Below, in pieces: positions 29,212-37,200 of a DNA stretch of 64,000 nucleotides. The position numbers were made by a program, and so were the translations under genes. This DNA is from Oscillospiraceae bacterium (lineage in GTDB: Bacteria; Bacillota; Clostridia; Oscillospirales; UBA644): NCBI GenBank assembly GCA_015067305.1, contig SVMT01000006.1:18751-82750 (forward strand). The letters are read 5' to 3'. A model generated the notes under the pieces. It did no database searches. It worked only from the letters and a program-made list of their open reading frames with translations, and had not been told where the DNA came from. Each line of letters opens with the position of its first letter. Position 1 is the stretch's first letter.

Positions 29212-29240
29212 TTGACAAACCGCATATTCTGTGGTAAAAT
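29212..29240 (+). promoter_or_regulatory. feoA promoter
   Basis: TTGACA (29212-29217), 17 nt, then TGgTAAAAT (-10 at 29235-29240). Confidence 0.65.
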
Positions 29241-29249
29241 ACTCTATGG

Positions 29250-29268
29250 TTAGAGTAGGCTAACTCAT
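29250..29268. promoter_or_regulatory. DtxR/IdeR-type box 2, overlapping the feoA transcription start region
   Basis: TTAGAGTAGGCTAACTCAT (14/19 to consensus) starts 10 nt after the -10 element. Confidence 0.65.
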
Positions 29269-29371
29269 GTTTGTGAATCCTTTTCATATCAGCGTTGTTG
29301 AGTACTGTTTGACTTTAGTTTTTGCAATAGTTAGCTGCATCGGTTAATTTAAAAATAGGGGGATATACAGC

Positions 29372-29593
29372 ATGAAGACATTGAAAGATGTTAAGATTGG
29401 CGGTACTGCTAAAGTCATTAAGCTTTACGGTGAAGGCGCTCTTAAAAGACGAATCATGGATATGGGTATTACAAAAGGCGTAGAAATTTACGTCCGCAAG
29501 GTTGCTCCTCTCGGTGACCCGATTGAAGTAAACGTCAGAGGCTACGAGCTTTCTATCAGAAAAGACGATGCCGAAAAGATCGAAGTAGAATAA
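29372..29593 (+). CDS. feoA: Ferrous iron transport protein A
   Basis: 73 aa SH3-like FeoA pattern (RRIMDMGITKGVEIYV...PLGDPIEV). Confidence 0.9.
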   Translation: MKTLKDVKIGGTAKVIKLYGEGALKRRIMDMGITKGVEIYVRKVAPLGDPIEVNVRGYELSIRKDDAEKIEVE

Positions 29594-29657
29594 TTACGAG
29601 GTTTCGAGCTTTTTGTCAACGGGGCAGACTTTCCCCAAAATTTTTTATAGGATACAG

Positions 29658-29676
29658 TTAGCATAGGCTTACTGTT
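29658..29676. promoter_or_regulatory. DtxR/IdeR-type box 3, between feoA and feoB
   Basis: TTAGCATAGGCTTACTGTT (about 11/19). It shares the core TTAG-N3-TAGGCT-AC with boxes 1 and 2. Confidence 0.4.
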
Positions 29677-29701
29677 TTTGACATCAGAAAGGAAAATAAT
29701 A

Positions 29702-31867
29702 ATGAGCATCAGAATCGCCCTTGCGGGCAACCCTAACTGCGGTAAAACAACGCTTTTTAATGCGCTCACAGGTTCCAATCAGTTCGTCGGTAACTGGCCA
29801 GGCGTTACAGTAGAGAAAAAAGAAGGTAAACTTAAAAAATACGATGATGTGATCGTTACCGACCTTCCGGGTATCTATTCACTTTCACCCTACACTCTTG
29901 AAGAAGTAGTTGCAAGAAACTATCTTATCGGAGAACGCCCCGACGTTATTATGAATCTCGTGGACGGTACAAATCTTGAAAGAAACCTTTATCTTACAAC
30001 TCAGCTTACGGAAATCGGAATTCCCGTTGTTGTTGCTATCAATATGATGGACCTTGTCCGCAAAAGAGGGGACACTATTGATATTGAAGCACTTTCCAAA
30101 GCTATCGGATGCAAGGTTGTTGAAATTTCAGCCCTTAAAGGTGACGGTATTATGGAAGCGGCTGAAGCTGCAATAGTTGCCGCAAATAAAACAAAAACTA
30201 TTCCTACTCATGCATTTTCAGGTGAAGTTGAACACGCACTTGCTCATATCGAAGAAGCGGCTGTTCATAATATGCCTGATGAACAGCAAAGATGGTATGC
30301 TGTAAAGATTTTCGAGCGTGACGACAAAGTTCTTTCTCAGCTTAATCTTGATAAAAAAATCATTGACCATATTGAAGCGGACATCGTTCATGTTGAAACT
30401 GAATTTGACGATGATGCTGAAGCTATCATCACTAATGAAAGATATAATTACATAGCTTCTATTACCGCTAAGTGTTATAAGAAAAAGAATACAGGCAGAA
30501 TGTCAGTTTCCGATAAGATTGACAGGATCGTAACAAACAGGATCCTTGCTCTTCCCATTTTCGTTCTCGTTATGTGGCTCGTTTATACACTTTCAATCGG
30601 TACTATCGGCGACTGGACAGTTGGCTTTATGAATGATACACTTTTCGGTGAGTGGATTCAGCCTGCTGTTGCTTCAGGTCTTGAAAGTATAGGTTGTGCC
30701 GAATGGCTGGTAAGTCTTGTTTCTGACGGTATCGTTGGCGGCGTTGGCGCAGTTCTCGGCTTCGTTCCTCAGATGCTCATTCTCTTCTTCCTTCTTTGTA
30801 TTCTTGAAGACATCGGTTATATGTCCCGTGTTGCCTTCATTATGGATAGACTTTTCCGCAAATTCGGGCTTTCTGGTAAATCTTTTATCCCCATGCTCGT
30901 TGCTTCAGGTTGTGGCGTTCCCGGTATTATGGCATCACGTACCATTGACCAGGATCGTGACCGTAAGATGACGATCATTACAACAGGATTCATTCCCTGC
31001 GGCGCAAAAATGCCTATCGTAGGTCTTATCGCTGCAGCCCTCTTTGGAAACAGCCCCCTTATTGCTACTGCCGCTTACTTTATCGGCGTTGGCGCAGTAG
31101 TTGTTTCAGGTCTTATTCTTAAAAAGACAAAGCCCTTTGCAGGCGACCCCGCTCCTTTCGTTATGGAACTTCCCGCTTATCACCTGCCTTTACCCTCAAA
31201 TATCCTTCGCGGAACTTGGGACAGAGGCTGGGGATTCATCAAACGTGCAGGTACAGTTATCCTTCTCGCAAGTGTAATTATCTGGACACTTAACAGTCTT
31301 ACATTTGAAGGAGGTCTCCACTACATCGGCGACGGCGACGAAAAATCTATTCTTTATGTAATTGGTTCATTTATCGCGGTTATCTTCAAGCCCCTTGGCT
31401 TCGGTACATGGCAGGCTGCTGTTGCAACAGTTCTCGGACTTGTTGCTAAAGAAGAAGTTGTCGGCGTATTCGGTACACTTTCTTCCATGGGTGACGCAGA
31501 CCTTGCATTTGAACTCGTTGAAAATGCTGACTCCGAACAGCTTGCTCTTATCGGTAACGAAATCTTCAACGGCAGCAAACTTGCAGGCTTCTCATTTATG
31601 ATATTCAACCTTCTCTGCGCTCCTTGTTTCGCAGCTATGGGTGCTATCAAGAGAGAAATGAACAACGCTAAATGGACAGCGTTTGCTATCACATATATGT
31701 GCGTGTTTGCTTACGCTATTTCTCTTATCGTTTACCAGCTCGGTTCCTGGTTCGTTGGCGCAGGTAATATTGTAGGCGTGATAGTAGCTCTTGCAGCTCT
31801 TGCGTTCTTTATTTATATGCTTGTTCGTCCTTACAAGGAATCCAAGACTCTTAATATCAAAAAATAA
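29702..31867 (+). CDS. feoB: Ferrous iron transporter FeoB
   Basis: IALAGNPNCGKTTLFNALTG G-domain, DLPGIYSL, then a polytopic membrane domain. The ATG at 29702 gives the canonical start. Confidence 0.95.
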   Translation: MSIRIALAGNPNCGKTTLFNALTGSNQFVGNWPGVTVEKKEGKLKKYDDVIVTDLPGIYSLSPYTLEEVVARNYLIGERPDVIMNLVDGTNLERNLYLTTQLTEIGIPVVVAINMMDLVRKRGDTIDIEALSKAIGCKVVEISALKGDGIMEAAEAAIVAANKTKTIPTHAFSGEVEHALAHIEEAAVHNMPDEQQRWYAVKIFERDDKVLSQLNLDKKIIDHIEADIVHVETEFDDDAEAIITNERYNYIASITAKCYKKKNTGRMSVSDKIDRIVTNRILALPIFVLVMWLVYTLSIGTIGDWTVGFMNDTLFGEWIQPAVASGLESIGCAEWLVSLVSDGIVGGVGAVLGFVPQMLILFFLLCILEDIGYMSRVAFIMDRLFRKFGLSGKSFIPMLVASGCGVPGIMASRTIDQDRDRKMTIITTGFIPCGAKMPIVGLIAAALFGNSPLIATAAYFIGVGAVVVSGLILKKTKPFAGDPAPFVMELPAYHLPLPSNILRGTWDRGWGFIKRAGTVILLASVIIWTLNSLTFEGGLHYIGDGDEKSILYVIGSFIAVIFKPLGFGTWQAAVATVLGLVAKEEVVGVFGTLSSMGDADLAFELVENADSEQLALIGNEIFNGSKLAGFSFMIFNLLCAPCFAAMGAIKREMNNAKWTAFAITYMCVFAYAISLIVYQLGSWFVGAGNIVGVIVALAALAFFIYMLVRPYKESKTLNIKK

Positions 31868-31900
31868 TTTATTTAAATATTTCCGAAGGAGGAAAATGAA

Positions 31901-32080
31901 ATGCTTAATTGGTTAATGGCAAATTGGGCAACAATCTTAGTTTTGCTTGTTGTTTTGGCGGTGATAGCAGGAGTTATTGCAATCATGGTTAAAGATAAAA
32001 AGCAAGGAAAATCCTCCTGCGGCTGCTCTTGTGGAAATTGCCCTATGAGTGGAAAATGTCACGGAAAAAACGATAAATAA
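31901..32080 (+). CDS. FeoB-associated Cys-rich small membrane protein (59 aa)
   Basis: Below the ORF-track size cut-off. One TM helix, then SSCGCSCGNCPMSGKCHG. GAAGGAGGA as SD. It lies 33 nt after feoB and is followed by the operon terminator. Confidence 0.7.
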   Translation: MLNWLMANWATILVLLVVLAVIAGVIAIMVKDKKQGKSSCGCSCGNCPMSGKCHGKNDK

Positions 32081-32084
32081 TACC

Positions 32085-32136
32085 ATATGGAAGAGGCTTC
32101 TCTTTATAGAGTAAAAGCTTCTTCCATATATTTTTT
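32085..32136 (+). terminator. feo operon terminator
   Basis: 15-bp stem ATATGGAAGAGGCTT / AAGCTTCTTCCATAT with one G-T pair, then TTTTTT. Confidence 0.8.
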
Positions 32137-32290
32137 ATGCGGATTTGAGTTTAATGTGTGAGGTGACGTATATGTAAAATAAATGTGATAAAAAATCTTC
32201 GGGGGGGGTAACTGCTTTAGCAGTACACATTTTTTTGTGTATTACCTCGGTTTCTATATTGTCATTTTGCTGAAATTATTTAGTCATTGC

Positions 32291-32319
32291 TTGATTTTTA
32301 CGGTTGTATATGGTATAAT
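32291..32319 (+). promoter_or_regulatory. Promoter of the ligase / giant-protein unit
   Basis: TTGATT, 17 nt, then TGgTATAAT. Confidence 0.6.
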
Positions 32320-32421
32320 ATCTCTGTATAAACTTTCGGGAGAATTGCGTCGGTTTTTGTCGGATTTTTCCTAAGTTGAATAATATTGTTATATAAAAAA
32401 AAATTTTTGTGAGGTGCTAAA

Positions 32422-34164
32422 ATGGCAAATGATGTTATGACCAAAAAGCCTTCGGAGGTTCGTCCATGGCTTAAGTATTATCCGCAAAAATCCGTTGAAA
32501 GAGCTCTTCCCCATTGCACTATTTATCAATATCTCAAAAGCAAAAACAGTAAACATCTTAATGAAAATGCTATTAATTATTTCGGTACAAATATTACATA
32601 TGATACTCTTTTTAAGCGTATTGAGCGCTGTGCCGATGCTTTCTATTCCATTGGTGTAAGAGAAGGAGATATAGTTTCTTATGTTACCGTCTCTATTCCC
32701 GAAACAGTAGTTGCTATGTATGCATTGAATAAGATCGGTGCTGTATCCAACTTTATCGACCCAAGAATGGATATTGACAGTATTAAGCGAGTTATCAATA
32801 ATGTAAAGTCCGATATCGTTATCATCGTTGATCTTGCATTCCCGAAACTGAAAGCTATCATGAAGGACGTAAAGCCCAGAATGGTCATTGTTCAGTCTCC
32901 TGCGGATTCTCTGAATCCCATTGCCGCAACCGTTTACAAGGGTAAAAATCCTCTTTTCCAGCCCATTCCATATTGCGATACCATTATAAGCTGGAAAGAT
33001 TTCGTCAGAAAGATGCCCACAACGCCTGCAGTTGAAGCTTCATACAAACCCGATTCCGTTTCCTGTATCACATATACCGGTGGTACAACAGGATTCCCCA
33101 AAGGCGCGATGCTTACAAACGACGGCATGAACGCTGTTGCTTTCAACTTCAAATATGCAGGAATACATTATGTCAGAGGTCAGCGTTTCCTTGACGTTAT
33201 TCCCGTATTTGCTTCCTACGGTGTGGTTTGCGGTATCCATATGCCACTTATTTTGGGTATTACCGATGTTATCATTCCCAAGTTGAATGTTGCTGAACTG
33301 GGCAAGATCGTTAAAAAATATAAGCCCTGTCATATGATCGCAGTTCCTGCGTATTATGAAGCTATGATGTCAAGCAAAGAGCTGAGAAATGAAGACCTTT
33401 CGTTCTTTATCACTCTCGGTTCAGGTGGTGACTCAATGAATAAGGGGCTTGAAGAAAAACTTCATAAATGGCTCCGTGCTCATAACGCTAAGTATCCTCT
33501 TGCTCAGGGCTATGGTATGTCTGAGATCTCTTCCGCAGTTTCGTTCTGCTTTAACGATATTTATAAAAGCGGAAGCGTAGGCATTCCCTCATTGACAACC
33601 ACCGTAGGTATCTTTGCTCCCGGCACCACAGACGAATTGGGCTTTGGCGAAGAAGGCGAGATCTGCATCACGGGACCTTCCATGATGAAGGGATACTTCA
33701 ACGATCAGGCGGAAACCGATAATATTATGAAGAAGCACCCCGACGGCAAGATCTGGATCCACAGTGGCGACATTGGCTATATGGATGTTGACGGCTTCCT
33801 GTACATCAAAAACAGGATCAAACACATCATCATCCGTTTCGACGGTCACAAGGTATTCCCCATCAACATGGAGACATATATCTGTAATCACCCAATGGTC
33901 AAGAACTGTTCCGTAATCGGTGTCAAAGACAAAGACCACATGCAGGGCTTCCTTCCCATGGCAGTGGTTGAACTCAAGCACGATCTTCCCGAAGGCACAG
34001 ATGTTGAAGCGGTCAGAAAAGAGATCTTCGAATCCTGCAACCGCGACCTTGAAGAGCGCGGCAGACCGTGTTCCGTGGTTCTCATTGACGAAATACCTCT
34101 TACCTCGTTTGGCAAAAACGACGTAATGAAGCTTTCTAAGATGTACGAAAACTACGACTATTGA
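32422..34164 (+). CDS. AMP-dependent synthetase/ligase (FadD-like fatty-acid CoA ligase)
   Basis: YTGGTTGFPKGAML AMP-binding motif, GYGMSE, SGDIGYMD, and an N-terminal WLKYYP. Confidence 0.8.
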   Translation: MANDVMTKKPSEVRPWLKYYPQKSVERALPHCTIYQYLKSKNSKHLNENAINYFGTNITYDTLFKRIERCADAFYSIGVREGDIVSYVTVSIPETVVAMYALNKIGAVSNFIDPRMDIDSIKRVINNVKSDIVIIVDLAFPKLKAIMKDVKPRMVIVQSPADSLNPIAATVYKGKNPLFQPIPYCDTIISWKDFVRKMPTTPAVEASYKPDSVSCITYTGGTTGFPKGAMLTNDGMNAVAFNFKYAGIHYVRGQRFLDVIPVFASYGVVCGIHMPLILGITDVIIPKLNVAELGKIVKKYKPCHMIAVPAYYEAMMSSKELRNEDLSFFITLGSGGDSMNKGLEEKLHKWLRAHNAKYPLAQGYGMSEISSAVSFCFNDIYKSGSVGIPSLTTTVGIFAPGTTDELGFGEEGEICITGPSMMKGYFNDQAETDNIMKKHPDGKIWIHSGDIGYMDVDGFLYIKNRIKHIIIRFDGHKVFPINMETYICNHPMVKNCSVIGVKDKDHMQGFLPMAVVELKHDLPEGTDVEAVRKEIFESCNRDLEERGRPCSVVLIDEIPLTSFGKNDVMKLSKMYENYDY

Positions 34165-34276
34165 TTTTCGGTAATTTTCGGCGCAAGCCGTTGATTATAA
34201 AAATTACAAAACAAAGCGAATTCACGCAAAAAATATAGGAGAAGAGTGAATCGCGAAAAAATAGGAGGAAAAAATT

Positions 34277-37200
34277 ATGAACTCAAAACACACACCCAAG
34301 TTCAAGGCGCTCCTCGCCCTGTTCTTGAGTATCAGTATGCTGTTCAGCATGGTCGTCACATCCTTTGCGGCATTGCCTCAGGATGTTGTCGATGATGATG
34401 TGATCAGATACGTTTCTATCGGTGACTCCGTTACTAATGGTTACGGCTTGGATGAATACTATTTTTACGACGCTAATGGTAAGCGAATAAATTCTACAGG
34501 TTTTCGTAGATATGTTCCTACCTCTTATCCTTATCGTATTAGTGAGATTTTAAGCGAAGCTTTAGGTATGCCTGTTGAACTTGATCCTATGGCTATTGCC
34601 GGAATGCGCTTCAATGATCTTCGTCTCATACTTGATGAGTCTTTTGGCGGCGATACATATATGGGTGATGAAAATGGCGACGGTATAAGAGAAACGGTTT
34701 GGCGTTATAATAGCGCTGTTGACTGTTGGCTTGATATTTATCTTTCAAACCCGGAAGATGATAAAATAGATCCAAATGGTACTGCTGCTAAATATATAAA
34801 AGATTATAACTATACTAAAGGTTCGGACTTGGATCCTGCTTCAAGATGGGAAATCCTTAATAATGAATTTACATTGTCAATTGAAAAAGCAGATTTTATC
34901 AGTATTGATCTCGGATCTAATGATTTTGGTACTTATCTTACAGACCGATTGATGGATTATGTACAGGGTGAAGCTTTTGATGTTTCTAAGGCAGATTATC
35001 AGCGTTTTGAAATTTTCTTCGATGAGGTTTCTGTTAAGTCTTTGGAAAACATGGTCCTTACCATGATTCAAAATGCAGGTTATGAAGAACCATTGAAGTC
35101 TGTTGTTGGAGACCTTGTTGAAACTCTTCTTTATGGCCTTGTATCTTTCTGTGGAAACTTTGATGCTTGTATGGAGTTGCTCTTTGATATCAACCCTGAC
35201 GCACAGGTGATGATTATTGATGCATACAACATGATGTCCAGTGTTAAAATTGACGGTACTGCAGTTTTTGGTGAAGGCATAAATGTCAGTGATATAATGA
35301 ATATATTTATTGATATGGCAAATCTCTACACAAGAGAGCTTTCCCCTTATGCAAGCAAAGTTCTTCATGTAGATATCGGTGCTGATTCTTATCCAGATCT
35401 TGTAATGGATTACTTTAATGATTTTTCCGGTTGGATGAATCTTGAAGATGACGAAGTAACAGAAGCAAGAACAATAATGAAGTTGTTGCTTGAAGAATTC
35501 CTTGGTGATGAATGGTCTGCAGTTGAAGAGCAGATTATTACTATTGACAACATGGAAGATGATATTTCCGGCACTATTTCACTTAATATCATCAGCGCAA
35601 TTCTTGAAAACGCTCAGACCTCTGTTGAGGGCGTTAACCTTGTTAAAAAAGCAGTTGACGGTGTTGCACAGGCAGAATCTCTTATTGGTAACATCACTTC
35701 TACATACGTAGATACTGCATTTCTTGAAGGATATCTCCCCGATATTGTTGCCAAATATGACGGAACATCTTTAGAATCAATTATAAGATCAAACATCAGC
35801 AGTACAGTTGAAGACCTTTTGAAGGATGAATCTTTAGCGTCCATGCTTCCCCAAGAGGTTACTTCTTCAGTAATTTCTGATATGGTATATGATGTAGCTT
35901 TAGCTTACGGAAAATCTACATCCAACGAAGCTAAAAATGCGGTTATAAAAGCGGCGGTTATTGACATTTTGGAACTCGCACAGAGTTGCGATGAAGCTTA
36001 TGCTAATTTCATCTACAATATAGTTTCGGAATATAATGATGAAGCAAATACAACAGATAAAGAAAAAATGGTTGCCGCTATCACAACATATCTTAGCGCT
36101 GACACATCTATTGAAAAACCCGAAGCTATGGCTGAACTTGCATATACAGTATACTGTATTTACGATGCCGTTGTAGTTAAAGGTACTTTAGCTGACGCAA
36201 ATGATGTTATTGCCGTATTGACAGCGCTGTACGGTGATCGTCTGTTGCCTGAACAGATAAACGCAATAGGTGCTTGCTATTCGGGAAATTATACTGATGA
36301 GGAGCTTGTGACTGCTGTTTCCACATTGATGGCTTTGGGCGGATACGCTGACAGCATTGATATGTATAAATTGTATCATCAGTTTCCCTATACATTATCT
36401 GAAATAGCACAGAGCAATACTATTTATCTTGATTCATTCTTGCCGTATTTGGCTGGAAAGGCTTTGGATTTTGACGGTATTGCTGCAAGATTTTTCAGCG
36501 ATGATGATCCCTTGATTCTTACTGAACCTGACAGAGAAAAATATGAATCTGACGAAGCGTATAATGAAGCTTTTGAAATGTTCAAGCATGACTCCACACT
36601 TCTTACAGTTTATATCAGATTCCTCTCCCTCACAGGTTTGTTTGTTCACCCCAATTCTACAGGACATGCAACTTTTACGGAAGTAATATCAGAATATCTT
36701 GATAAGTTCGTTCCCAATGTGGCTGCAGGTGACGATGTTTACGAGCTCAGAACCGATATCGAATATAAAGTTCTTGCTATCGGCGACGAATATATTAAAA
36801 ATGTTGAAGATTGTTATGCTGAGAAAGTTGCAGAGGCTTTGGACAGCACTGTTAAATATCAATCATATCCCGGTTGGACAGTAGGGGAAACTCTTACTTT
36901 TGCTAAGAATAATCCTGAAAATATTTCCGGTTATGACTTGATCCTCCTTAATGTCGGTGCTTGGAATGTAGGCTATATTGCAAAATATCTCAACTCTAAC
37001 GGAACAGCTCCCATAGATCTTACAGATATTGATATCCTTGATGTTTCAAAAGATGCTGACGGTAAAAACAGTATCGGTGAAAGATTCGAAGACATGCTTA
37101 GCGGCGACGATATGATGCTCATGGCTAAGGCTATGATGTATGGTTACGCTGACTTCGCAAACAGCATTGAGCCTCTTGTTGAAACTCTTCTTGATACAGG

